From: Aquificaceae bacterium | Lineage (GTDB): Bacteria; Aquificota; Aquificia; Aquificales; Aquificaceae | Direction: 5' to 3' | Assembly (NCBI GenBank): GCA_039630345.1 | Contig: JBCNVD010000035.1 | Span: forward strand, 1 to 58,153 | Length of the DNA: 58,153 nt | Shown: positions 10,081 to 19,051 of the stretch, piece by piece | Numbering within the stretch: the first letter of the stretch is position 1 | How the letters are laid out: the number at the start of each line of letters is the position of its first letter | The notes under the pieces: model-generated | Database searches by the model: none | What the model was told of the DNA's origin: nothing | The model's input: only the letters and a program-made list of their open reading frames with translations | Program-made: the position numbers and the translations under genes

Positions 10081-11469
10081 ATGATAAGAGCGCGCTTCGC
10101 GCCGAGCCCCACGGGGTTTTTGCACCTTGGAAATGCGCGAACCGCAATTATTAACTACTTATTTGCAAAATCTCAAAACGGAAAGTTTATTTTAAGAATT
10201 GAAGACACAGACAAAGAGCGCTCAAAAAAAGAATTTGAAAACGAACTCTTAAGAGACCTTCAATGGCTGGGAATTGAATGGGACGAATTTTACCGCCAGT
10301 CTGAAAGATATGGCATTTATAAAGACTTTGCCCTTGGTCTATTAAGAGAAAATCTCGCCTATAGATGCTTTTGCACCCCTGAGGAGATAGAAAAAGAGCG
10401 CTCTATGGCTTTAGCTAAAGGAGTGCCATATAAATACTCAGGCAAATGCAGGGCTTTAACCCCATCTATGTCTGAAAGTTTGGCAAAAGAACAAAAGCCA
10501 TTTACCATAAGATTTAAAACCCCTCCGGACTTAAAAATTAGCTTCATAGACGCTATAAAAGGCAGGGTTGAATTTAGCTCAGACGAGCTTGATGATTTTG
10601 TAATCTTAAGAAGCGATATGTCGCCGACTTACAACTTTGCCGTGGTCGTGGATGATGCTTTAATGGATATAACCCATGTAATAAGGGGGGAAGACCACCT
10701 TTCAAACACCCCAAAGCAGATACTTATATATAAAGCCCTGAAGTTTAAAGAGCCAACATTTGCCCATCTTCCTGTAATTCTGGGTCAGGATAGGTCAAAA
10801 CTCTCAAAGCGCCACGGAGCTGTCTCTATAAGTGCCTTTCGTGAAGCCGGATATCCGCCAGAGGCGGTTTTTAACTACCTTGCACTCCTTGGATTTGCCA
10901 TCCCCGAGGGGCAAAAAGAAATTCTGAGCAAAGAAGAGCTCATTAATAACTTTGACCTTTCAAAAATTGGCTCTTCGCCTGCTATTTTTAGCTACGAGAA
11001 GATAAAGTGGCTAAGCGGTCAATACATAAGAAACTATCTACCCATTGAAAGAGTCTGTAAAGACATTAAAGAGTTTTTAAACGAAGAATTTGACGAGGAA
11101 TATCTATGTAAAGTCATTTCAAAAATCAGAGACTCTTTTGAAACTTATGCTGAAGGGGTGCAAAAACTAAGAATTTTTAGCCTCAGTGAAATAGAGCTTA
11201 ACGGAGAAATCACAAATGAACTAAAACCTCTATCCGGACTTTTGCAAGAAACAATAAAACTTCTCGAAAAAGAAGGCTTTTCTAAAGAGGGGGCGAAAAG
11301 GGCGGTAAAAACACTTCAGCAAAACCTTGGAATAAAGCAATCAGAGATCTGGAAAGCTCTAAGGCTTGCGCTAACAGGCGAGCGTCAGGGCATATCTATG
11401 GACATAGTTTTTGAACTTTTGCCAGAGAGGATAATAAAACTCAGGCTAGAGGGAGCTTTAAGATGCTAA
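10081..11469 (+). CDS. gltX: glutamate--tRNA ligase
   Basis: RFAPSPTG.LHLG, LRIEDTD, RGEDH, KLSKR. ATG at 10081 chosen; the upstream extension overlaps mlaD. Confidence 0.95.
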   Translation: MIRARFAPSPTGFLHLGNARTAIINYLFAKSQNGKFILRIEDTDKERSKKEFENELLRDLQWLGIEWDEFYRQSERYGIYKDFALGLLRENLAYRCFCTPEEIEKERSMALAKGVPYKYSGKCRALTPSMSESLAKEQKPFTIRFKTPPDLKISFIDAIKGRVEFSSDELDDFVILRSDMSPTYNFAVVVDDALMDITHVIRGEDHLSNTPKQILIYKALKFKEPTFAHLPVILGQDRSKLSKRHGAVSISAFREAGYPPEAVFNYLALLGFAIPEGQKEILSKEELINNFDLSKIGSSPAIFSYEKIKWLSGQYIRNYLPIERVCKDIKEFLNEEFDEEYLCKVISKIRDSFETYAEGVQKLRIFSLSEIELNGEITNELKPLSGLLQETIKLLEKEGFSKEGAKRAVKTLQQNLGIKQSEIWKALRLALTGERQGISMDIVFELLPERIIKLRLEGALRC

Positions 11470-14024
11470 GGCTGAGTGTCTACAGGGTCGGGAGTTCTCC
11501 GCGCGCAAGCGCGGGTTTGGTATTCTATCCAGGCCCTGAAGATAAGATAGACGAGCTAAGGGCAAGGCTTTTGCCCTATGAGCCAGAGGCAAACATAGTG
11601 TTTGTCTCTGCAGGTGGAGGGGTCATAGAGCATGGGAAAATCCACAAAGACAGGGCAATAGCGATTTTTTTCCATCAGCCTGTTGAAATCCTTTGCATAA
11701 ATAGCGAGGAAGAGTTTTCAAAAGCCTATTTGATGTTTGAGCGTGCAAAAGCGGTGCTGGTTTTTTCCGACTATTTAAGAGGAGAACTTCTGGAAAAGCT
11801 CGTAAACGAGGTTGAAGACATAGGAGTGATGATTTCAGGGGCAGTGGCTTCGGACGATCTTAGTTTTAAGGGTAGCTTCGTCTATCTAAACGGCGAAAAG
11901 GTGCAGGGCATTGTCGCGATGCTCTTTAAGAGCAAAGACAACATATTCACAGACTGGTTTAGCACCACTTATCCGCTCGGAGTCAGAATACAGGTTTCAA
12001 AAAGCAAGGGCAGGGTAGCAACGATAGTAAACTCAATGCCGGCAAAGGTATATTTTGAGCTGTTTCTTGAAGAATTTGGTTTTAACTTTTTAAACTCGTT
12101 CTTTGTAAGCGGAAACGAATCGATTCCACATAAGCGTCAACCTTATGCAAGCCTTAGCCTCAACGAAGACGGGCTTTACTTTGCAAAAAGGGTAGAGAGC
12201 GGGCAGGAGCTTGAGCTTGCCGTGCATAACCTCCCCTTAAGTCAAGCAATCGCACAACTTCTGGAAGAATTTTTTGAAAAAACAGACTTTGATCTCTGTC
12301 TTGTTTTCATGTGTATAGGAAAAGTCTTAACAATAGGAGAAGAAAACCCCGAGTTAGGAGCTTTTGCACTAAGAGGCGCCGTTGGAATGTTGACTTTTGC
12401 GGAAATCAGTATGAGTGGAACCAGGCCAACTTTCCTGAATTTAACAACCACTCTATGTATTTTTAACCCAACACAACCTCTTTTACTCGAATCAAATTAT
12501 TCTCTAAACATGCAGGAGTCTGCAATAAGAAACCTCGCTATTAAAATGACAAAAAGACAAGAAGAACTCTTAAACGCTCTCATAAAACAGTTTTCCATAG
12601 CTATACTGGACGAAAACAGCAAGGTTTTGTTTTATGATAAAAAACTCCTTTTACATTTTGATTCTGAAGAAGAGCTACTAAAGAGTCTATCTGAGTGGAG
12701 TTATAATTGCAAGAAAAATCCCATACCTGAGTTTAAACTAAGAGTTCATATTCAGGGAGGAACAATCAGATATTTCAGAATAATCTGTATGAAAGGAGGA
12801 AGTCAGCATTATTTAATAATAGAAGACTTTACCCGTTATGCTTCTCTTGAATATCTGGAGAGAAACATAACATCTCATCCAGTGACTGGTCTTCCAACTC
12901 AATACTCAATAACAAAGACGCAGGAAGCCTGGTGTATCAGCATAGATATTGCTTTCTTAAGCTGGATAAAGGTAAACAACCTGGGAGAGATAGCAAAAGA
13001 AATATCAGAAGAGCTGGCGGATTACCTGTCAGGCTTTGCAAAAGAGCAAGATATGGAAATCTATCACTCTCTCGAAGAGACCTTTCATCTCATATCACCC
13101 TCTGGCTCAAAAGAAGAAATGGTTAAAATAGCAAAAACTCTTCAGGAGAACCTAACATCAATGCAGTTTACTTCCAACGGACTGTATCTTGACTTTCACA
13201 TAATGGTATCTTACGGTAAGTTACCCGAGGTTATACAGCTCTTTACGGAGTTTGTCCGTCAGCAACAAAACTTTGAAGATATTGTCGTGCTTAACGATTC
13301 AAAAGAGATGCTCATTAAAACACCTGCAGAATTTTACAAATCCACAAGAGCGGTAGATGCAAAGCGCATAGCAGTTGCTTACCAACCAATAGTTGACTTA
13401 AATAGCGGTAAAATATTTGCATACGAAGCACTTGTTAGGTTATTTTCTTCAAACGGAGAAAAAATAGCGGTCCCCTGGCAGGCTTTTAGAAAGACCTCTC
13501 ATTACAGAAAGCTAACCAAAGAAGTCCTTAGAAAAGCCCTCTCGCTAGCAAGAGAAAAGAACATAAAAGTCCATGTAAACTTCTGCTGGGAAGACATTCT
13601 TAATTTAGAAAGAATAGAAGAAATCAAAAAATTAATAAAAGAATTTAACCTAAAAAGGGAATCAATAAGTCTGGAACTCGTTGAATGGAGCAACTACCCT
13701 CTCAATAAGCTAAAAGAAGCCTTTAAACATCTAAGAGAGTTTGCTTTTGTAGGAATTGATGACTTTGGAGTAGGAGTTTACGACCTTGCGACATTGATAG
13801 GTCTAGACATTGACTATATAAAGTTCGATAGAGCCTTTATAGCATTTTTGCAAAACGAGAGAACTTTTAACTTCGTAGCAGGTCTTGTAAGGAGCTTTAG
13901 AGAAATCAATATAACAACCGTTGCCGAAGGTGTCGAGTCCGCCCAAGAGCTGGAAATGTGTAAAAAATCCGGATTTGAACTTGCTCAGGGGAAGTTCTTC
14001 GGCGAACCAACAACAGAGGTATAA
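11463..14024 (+). CDS. FIST-like sensor + degenerate GGDEF + EAL c-di-GMP phosphodiesterase
   Basis: FIST-like GAVASDD and C..K...GMLTFAEI; HPVTGLP; YQPIVD, YEALVR, IDDFG, IKFDR, VAEGVES. Confidence 0.8.
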   Translation: MLRLSVYRVGSSPRASAGLVFYPGPEDKIDELRARLLPYEPEANIVFVSAGGGVIEHGKIHKDRAIAIFFHQPVEILCINSEEEFSKAYLMFERAKAVLVFSDYLRGELLEKLVNEVEDIGVMISGAVASDDLSFKGSFVYLNGEKVQGIVAMLFKSKDNIFTDWFSTTYPLGVRIQVSKSKGRVATIVNSMPAKVYFELFLEEFGFNFLNSFFVSGNESIPHKRQPYASLSLNEDGLYFAKRVESGQELELAVHNLPLSQAIAQLLEEFFEKTDFDLCLVFMCIGKVLTIGEENPELGAFALRGAVGMLTFAEISMSGTRPTFLNLTTTLCIFNPTQPLLLESNYSLNMQESAIRNLAIKMTKRQEELLNALIKQFSIAILDENSKVLFYDKKLLLHFDSEEELLKSLSEWSYNCKKNPIPEFKLRVHIQGGTIRYFRIICMKGGSQHYLIIEDFTRYASLEYLERNITSHPVTGLPTQYSITKTQEAWCISIDIAFLSWIKVNNLGEIAKEISEELADYLSGFAKEQDMEIYHSLEETFHLISPSGSKEEMVKIAKTLQENLTSMQFTSNGLYLDFHIMVSYGKLPEVIQLFTEFVRQQQNFEDIVVLNDSKEMLIKTPAEFYKSTRAVDAKRIAVAYQPIVDLNSGKIFAYEALVRLFSSNGEKIAVPWQAFRKTSHYRKLTKEVLRKALSLAREKNIKVHVNFCWEDILNLERIEEIKKLIKEFNLKRESISLELVEWSNYPLNKLKEAFKHLREFAFVGIDDFGVGVYDLATLIGLDIDYIKFDRAFIAFLQNERTFNFVAGLVRSFREINITTVAEGVESAQELEMCKKSGFELAQGKFFGEPTTEV

Positions 14025-14027
14025 GTT

Positions 14028-14537
14028 ATGCGCTTTATGCTCTCTTTTTTTGGAGAAGATAGACCAGGCATAGTAGCCAAAGTAACCAAAGAGCTATATA
14101 AACTTGGTCTAAACCTTGAAGACTCTTCTATGACGCGCCTTGGGAATCAGTTTGGTATTTTGCTAATGCTAAGCGGAAACTCAAGTAGGGATATAATAGA
14201 AAGAGCTCTGGAAGAACCTGTCAAAGAACTGGGACTTTCGTTTTTATGCAGAGAAATCTCAAAAGAAATTAAAAACGCGGAATATCAAAAGAGCTATAGA
14301 ATCATCCTTCACGGCGAGGATAAAACAGGGATAGTTTACAAAGTCTCGGAGCTAATAGCATCGCTTGGGCTAAATATCTCAGACCTTAGAACTATGAGGC
14401 GCTCTGAAATTTATCTTATGACGATGGAGGTTCAGGGAGACATAGACCAGACAGAGCTTAGAGAAAAGCTCAAAGCCCTCTCTGGCGAACTTGAGCTATC
14501 CTTTGAACTTGAAGAGGAAGAAGAAATTGGAATTTGA
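14028..14537 (+). CDS. GcvR-like tandem ACT domain protein
   Basis: GEDRPGIVA...NLEDSSM and GEDKTGIV...NISDL. Confidence 0.85.
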   Translation: MRFMLSFFGEDRPGIVAKVTKELYKLGLNLEDSSMTRLGNQFGILLMLSGNSSRDIIERALEEPVKELGLSFLCREISKEIKNAEYQKSYRIILHGEDKTGIVYKVSELIASLGLNISDLRTMRRSEIYLMTMEVQGDIDQTELREKLKALSGELELSFELEEEEEIGI

Positions 14538-15039
14538 AATATTAAAATATCCTGACAAAAGACTGTTAATTCCCTCAAAAGAGGTAAAAGACTTTGACCA
14601 GAGTCTCAAAGAACTATCAGAGTCTCTAATCAGGATAGTTTATTCAAACCCCGGCTGTGTTGGGATAGCCGCCCCTCAGGTGGGAATTAACAAAAGGCTA
14701 ATAATAGTAGATGTAAGTAAAAGCAATCACAGACTAAAAACAACATGCAACGGCACTCTCACGCTTGTAAATCCGGAGATCATAAAATCAGAGGGTGAGA
14801 TAGTTTTAAGAGAAGGATGTTTAAGTGTTCCTGAATTTACAGGTAATGTAAAGAGGTTTTTTAAAATCCAAGTAATTGCAAAAGACATTAACGGAAAGGA
14901 TATAGAGCTTGAAACAGAAGGCTTTGAAGCAGTTGTTATCCAGCACGAAATTGACCATCTAAATGGCAAGGTATTTCTCGATAGGCTAATATCCCCAAAA
15001 GAGCTCTTTAGAAGAAAAAACATCCATGGCAAAGTTTAG
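14527..15039 (+). CDS. def: peptide deformylase
   Basis: GIAAPQVG, EGCLSVP, QHEIDHLNG; TTG start at 14527. Confidence 0.96.
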   Translation: MEFEILKYPDKRLLIPSKEVKDFDQSLKELSESLIRIVYSNPGCVGIAAPQVGINKRLIIVDVSKSNHRLKTTCNGTLTLVNPEIIKSEGEIVLREGCLSVPEFTGNVKRFFKIQVIAKDINGKDIELETEGFEAVVIQHEIDHLNGKVFLDRLISPKELFRRKNIHGKV

Positions 15040-15310
15040 AAAGTCAGGGGTCAAATTAGAACATAGCATCTTAGAAGGACTTGATAAACACCTAAAAGCC
15101 CTCTCACAGCTAAGCTCAGTTAGCGCAATTATCCCGGGGCGTATCTTTAGAGCTCAGAAAGGTCGAGGCTCTCACGGCATTTTTTTAAAATACCAGACAA
15201 AAAGCGGTTATAAACTCCTTTACAAAGCAGGTACCAGCGTTCAGGAAGTTTTCATAGTCTGCAAAGACAAAGATGAATTTCTGAAAGCCTTTAAAGACCT
15301 ATACCCTTAA
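15026..15310 (+). CDS. DUF2103-like small protein
   Basis: HS.L.G, IIPGRI, GYKL......SVQEVFIV pattern. Confidence 0.7.
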   Translation: MAKFRKSGVKLEHSILEGLDKHLKALSQLSSVSAIIPGRIFRAQKGRGSHGIFLKYQTKSGYKLLYKAGTSVQEVFIVCKDKDEFLKAFKDLYP

Positions 15311-15326
15311 AGTTTATAATTTCATA

Positions 15327-16751
15327 GTGTTTAAAAAGGTCCTTATCGCCAACAGGGGCGAGGTAGCCCTCAGAATCGTAAGAGGCTGTGAAGAACTTGG
15401 GATTCCAACCGTGGCAATCTATTCTCAGGCAGACGCTCGCTCTTTGCATGTTAAAAAAGCCCAGGAAGCATACTTAATCCCCGGAGACCCAATCAAAGCC
15501 TACCTTGACTATTTTAGAATCGTAGAGCTCGCAAAGGCAGTCGGCGCAGATGCAATACACCCAGGGTATGGCTTTCTTGCGGAAAATGCGGACTTTGCAA
15601 GATACTGCGAGCAAAACGGCATAACCTTTATAGGTCCAAAGCCCCAGCACATAGAGCTCTTTGGCGACAAAGTAAGAGCAAAAAAAATCATGAAAGAGCT
15701 TGGACTCAAAACCATCCCCGGCTCAGAAGAGCCCCTAAGCGACTATAAAAAAGCTCTCAAAATAGCAAACGAAATTGGCTATCCGGTTTTGCTAAAATCC
15801 GCCTTCGGCGGCGGAGGAAGAGGCATGAGACTTGTAAAATCCCCCGAAGAGCTCCCGTCCCAGTTTGAATCAGCCTACAGAGAAGCAAGTGCCTTTTTCT
15901 CGCGCGGAGAGCTCTTTGTGGAAAAATACCTAAGAAACCCAAAGCACATAGAGGTGCAAATCCTTGGCGATAAATTTGGTAATGTAGTCCATCTTGGCGA
16001 GAGGGACTGCTCAATCCAGAGAAAGCACCAAAAGGTAATAGAAATAACCCCCTGCCCGGTTTTGCCAAAGGACCTAAGGAGCAAAATTCTGGGCCAGAGC
16101 CTGAGAGCCATGATGCAGGTAGGCTATGAAAGCGCGGGCACCATTGAGTTTCTGGTAGATTTAGACTCCGGGGAGTTTTACTTTATCGAGATGAATACCC
16201 GCCTTCAGGTCGAGCACACCATAAGCGAGATGGTAACGGGCATAGACATAGTCGAAAACATGCTAAGAATCGCAATGGGAGAGCCCCTTATGTTCTCTCA
16301 GGCGGATATCACCTTCAGAGGCTACGCGGCGGAATTTAGAATAAACGCGGAAGACCCACTTCGTGGCTTTGCGCCATCGCCCGGGAAGATAACAGCCTAC
16401 TACTCACCTGGCGGACCGGGAATTAGAATGGACGGAGGAGTTTATAAAGACTACATCATACCTCCCTATTATGACTCAATGATATCCAAGCTAAGCGTCT
16501 GGGCTCTAAGCTGGGATAGACTCATAGCAAGGGCAAGAAGAGCTCTGGATGAATTCATAGTCCGGGGGGTTCCCACAAACATCCCACTCCATCGCGAAAT
16601 TGTCAGAGACCCTGACTTTATAGAAGGACACTTTGGTATACACTTTCTTGAAGAAAAACTCAGCCTTTATGACCTATCACAACCAGACCAGGATCCAGAG
16701 ACCACAGCCCTGGTTCTTGCAGCCGCAATAGCATATTATTATGGACTATAA
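15327..16751 (+). CDS. biotin carboxylase subunit (pyruvate/2-oxoglutarate carboxylase small-subunit type)
   Basis: IANRGE, HPGYGFLAEN, GGGGRGMR, ERDCSIQR, EMNTRLQVEH, YYDSMISK; C-terminal AAAIAYYYGL tail. Confidence 0.9.
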   Translation: MFKKVLIANRGEVALRIVRGCEELGIPTVAIYSQADARSLHVKKAQEAYLIPGDPIKAYLDYFRIVELAKAVGADAIHPGYGFLAENADFARYCEQNGITFIGPKPQHIELFGDKVRAKKIMKELGLKTIPGSEEPLSDYKKALKIANEIGYPVLLKSAFGGGGRGMRLVKSPEELPSQFESAYREASAFFSRGELFVEKYLRNPKHIEVQILGDKFGNVVHLGERDCSIQRKHQKVIEITPCPVLPKDLRSKILGQSLRAMMQVGYESAGTIEFLVDLDSGEFYFIEMNTRLQVEHTISEMVTGIDIVENMLRIAMGEPLMFSQADITFRGYAAEFRINAEDPLRGFAPSPGKITAYYSPGGPGIRMDGGVYKDYIIPPYYDSMISKLSVWALSWDRLIARARRALDEFIVRGVPTNIPLHREIVRDPDFIEGHFGIHFLEEKLSLYDLSQPDQDPETTALVLAAAIAYYYGL

Positions 16752-16782
16752 AGCGCGGGGGGAATTCCCCCCGCTACCCCCC
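16750..16782 (-). repeat. GTAG-hairpin dispersed repeat (REP-like), copy 1
   Basis: Minus strand reads GGGGGGTAGCGGGGGG-AATT-CCCCCCGCGCTTT; matches 22472-22505. Confidence 0.75.
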
Positions 16783-16811
16783 TTGACAGGTTATTAAAAA
16801 GGCCTTAAACT
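16783..16811 (+). promoter_or_regulatory. sigma70-type promoter of the surface protein gene
   Basis: TTGACA(16783)-17 bp-TAAACT(16806), followed by a GGAGGT SD before ATG 16843. Confidence 0.75.
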
Positions 16812-16842
16812 TAATTTATTCCTCAAAGGGGAGGTTTAATTT

Positions 16843-18177
16843 ATGAAGCTATTTGGACTTTCCTTGGCAATATTAGCCCTTGCAATGGCGCAGGATTATC
16901 ATCAAGCAGCCTGCACCGCAACTGTTAGCACGGCAGAGGAGCTAAGAAATGCCGTAAACGAAGCACCAGGCAGGTCAGCCGATACTGTGGTTTGCATAAG
17001 ACCAGGCACCATACGCCTAACTGGAGGACTTGCAGAGCTTGCTGTTGCTCCTTCATACTCAGCTACCTCACCAGGGTGCACCAGAAACCTGATTATAAGA
17101 CCAGCAGGTGGAACCGTAATTTTAGAGAGCGACAGGGGTTATGTTATTGACATCAATAAAAGCGCATGCACTACAGATACTGGCACTGTTAGAATAGAGG
17201 GCATAACCTTTAGAAACACCTCAAACAACAGGGGCAGTGGAGGAGGTGCTTTAAGAATAAACGCAGATAACATAGAACTCATAAGAAATGCGTTTTTAAA
17301 CAACATAGCGGACAACTTCGGCGGGGCAGTAAATATCACGGTAGGCAGGAGAGCATTTATCTTTAGCAACCTCTTTGCAAACAATCAGGTCAACAGGTCC
17401 CCAAGTCCAACCAATGCAGTAGGTGGCGGTATGTATATTCGTCTTGGCGCTGCTTCAGCTTTTGTGGTAAATAACACCTTTGTCAATAACAGAGTCCCAA
17501 ATAGAGGCGGGGGACTTTTTGTGCTTCTTAACGAAAATGCTTCAACTGTCTCTATAAGCAACAATATCTTTTGGCAAAACGAAGCACGCGAAGGTGGGGC
17601 TGACGGCGATGACTTATTTGTGGATAGAGGCTCTGCAAACGGCACTACAGAGCTCTTTAACAACCTCTTTACGACAGGTCCTTCCATAGACTTCTCAAGC
17701 GCCCCAAGAACTGAAAAGGTTGCATTCTCAGACCGTCCAACTGCACCCTACAGCGCAGGTCAAAATATTCAGCAAGACCCAAGATTTGTCTCAGCAAGCG
17801 ACTTTAGACTAACCGCAGGCTCACCTGCGATAGATAGAGGGGATAATGGCAGAATAGGCGGTCTTGGTGATCTGGACCTTGACGGCAACCCAAGGGTGGT
17901 AGATGGCGATAGAAACGGCAGTGCTATAGTTGACATGGGTGCATACGAGTTTAGACCTGACGCTGGCGGTGGTGCTGGAGGTGGTGGCACAGGCGGTGGT
18001 GGAACCGGTGGCAGTGGTGGAACCGCAGGTGGTGGCACTACAGGTGGTGGCACGGCCGGCGCAGGTAGCACAAGCTCTGGCGGCGGTGGCGGCGGTTGCA
18101 ACGCAGGTTATGGCTTTTCCACATTCTTTGCGCTCTTTGGGGCTCTCTTTGCCCTTGCAAGACGCTTAAGGAAATAA
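16843..18177 (+). CDS. secreted beta-helix / choice-of-anchor Q-like surface protein with Gly/Thr linker and GGC-TM-basic C-terminal anchor
   Basis: Signal peptide; F.NN...GG(A/G) repeats; DFRL..GSPAID.G...DLDGNPR...DMGAYE; ends GGGGGGCNAG-hydrophobic-RRLRK. Confidence 0.85.
   Translation: MKLFGLSLAILALAMAQDYHQAACTATVSTAEELRNAVNEAPGRSADTVVCIRPGTIRLTGGLAELAVAPSYSATSPGCTRNLIIRPAGGTVILESDRGYVIDINKSACTTDTGTVRIEGITFRNTSNNRGSGGGALRINADNIELIRNAFLNNIADNFGGAVNITVGRRAFIFSNLFANNQVNRSPSPTNAVGGGMYIRLGAASAFVVNNTFVNNRVPNRGGGLFVLLNENASTVSISNNIFWQNEAREGGADGDDLFVDRGSANGTTELFNNLFTTGPSIDFSSAPRTEKVAFSDRPTAPYSAGQNIQQDPRFVSASDFRLTAGSPAIDRGDNGRIGGLGDLDLDGNPRVVDGDRNGSAIVDMGAYEFRPDAGGGAGGGGTGGGGTGGSGGTAGGGTTGGGTAGAGSTSSGGGGGGCNAGYGFSTFFALFGALFALARRLRK
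17964..18096 (+). repeat. imperfect GGN-rich coding repeat (Gly/Thr linker)
   Basis: Repeated GGTGGTGGCAC-like units encoding GGGT/GGGA. Confidence 0.8.
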
Positions 18178-18178
18178 C

Positions 18179-18210
18179 AAAAAAGCGCCCTCTTTTGGGC
18201 GCTTTAAAAA
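18179..18210. terminator. probable bidirectional intrinsic terminator
   Basis: AAAGCGCCC-TCTTTT-GGGCGCTTT between two convergent genes. Confidence 0.75.
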
Positions 18211-19034
18211 ACATCATAAAGAAAGCCCATAAAGGCAGAGAAAAAGACCCAGAAAACGGCATAGGTAAAAACTAGCCTTTTTGGTAAAAACTTCAAAACG
18301 CCCACAAAAGTAGGAATGCAAACTCCCGCAGCACCAAGCATAAAACTAAGGGCACTACCTTGGCTAAATCCAATCTCTGATATAGCCTTTGCTATGGGCA
18401 CTTCTTCGCCGGAGCAAACATAAACGGGCGTGGATATCAAAGACATAGCTAAATATGAAAAAGAACTCTTTGAGAGAAACAGAACCTGCTCTGGCTTTAT
18501 CAATGTTTTTAAAATAGCCGCAATCAAAACACCAATAACGAGATACTTACCAATTCCTATGAGATTATCCAGAAAAATCTTATAAAATTTCTTCCCATTT
18601 TGTCCTCTGTAAAAGGCTGGTAATACTGGTGGCTTTTTAAAAACTAACCCTACAAAGTATGAAAAAGAAAGTGCAAAAATGAAAGTGCCAAATAGTCTAA
18701 ATGCGGTCATCTTGAGGTCAAAATAGCCATATGTGAGAAAAATAGTGAGCGGAGAGACTATGGGGGCGACTATTAAAAAAGCCATAGTTGGCGCATAACT
18801 TCTGGAAAGACTGTTTATCAAATATGCAAATGGAATCATAGAACACGAACAAAGTGGCAAAGCCCCTGCAATAAAACCTGCATAAATTGGTCCAAAATAT
18901 GGGCTTTTTAGAGGCTTTCTAATGAAAACTCCTGCGTTAAATACCTGCAAAAATGACGATACTGTAATGCCAATTAAAAAAGGAATTGTCATTTCTTTAA
19001 CATATATGTAAAAATTTACAAAAAACTCATCCAT
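18204..19034 (-). CDS. DUF318/ArsP-family permease
   Basis: LPLCSCS..P and P.YVCS...VP motifs, multiple TM segments. Confidence 0.85.
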   Translation of the reverse strand: MDEFFVNFYIYVKEMTIPFLIGITVSSFLQVFNAGVFIRKPLKSPYFGPIYAGFIAGALPLCSCSMIPFAYLINSLSRSYAPTMAFLIVAPIVSPLTIFLTYGYFDLKMTAFRLFGTFIFALSFSYFVGLVFKKPPVLPAFYRGQNGKKFYKIFLDNLIGIGKYLVIGVLIAAILKTLIKPEQVLFLSKSSFSYLAMSLISTPVYVCSGEEVPIAKAISEIGFSQGSALSFMLGAAGVCIPTFVGVLKFLPKRLVFTYAVFWVFFSAFMGFLYDVF

Positions 19035-19051
19035 GAGGTTTAATATATATC

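Noticed and set aside
17769..18101. Poly-proline ORF on the minus strand
   Set aside because: It is the antisense shadow of the GGN-rich Gly linker of the surface protein.
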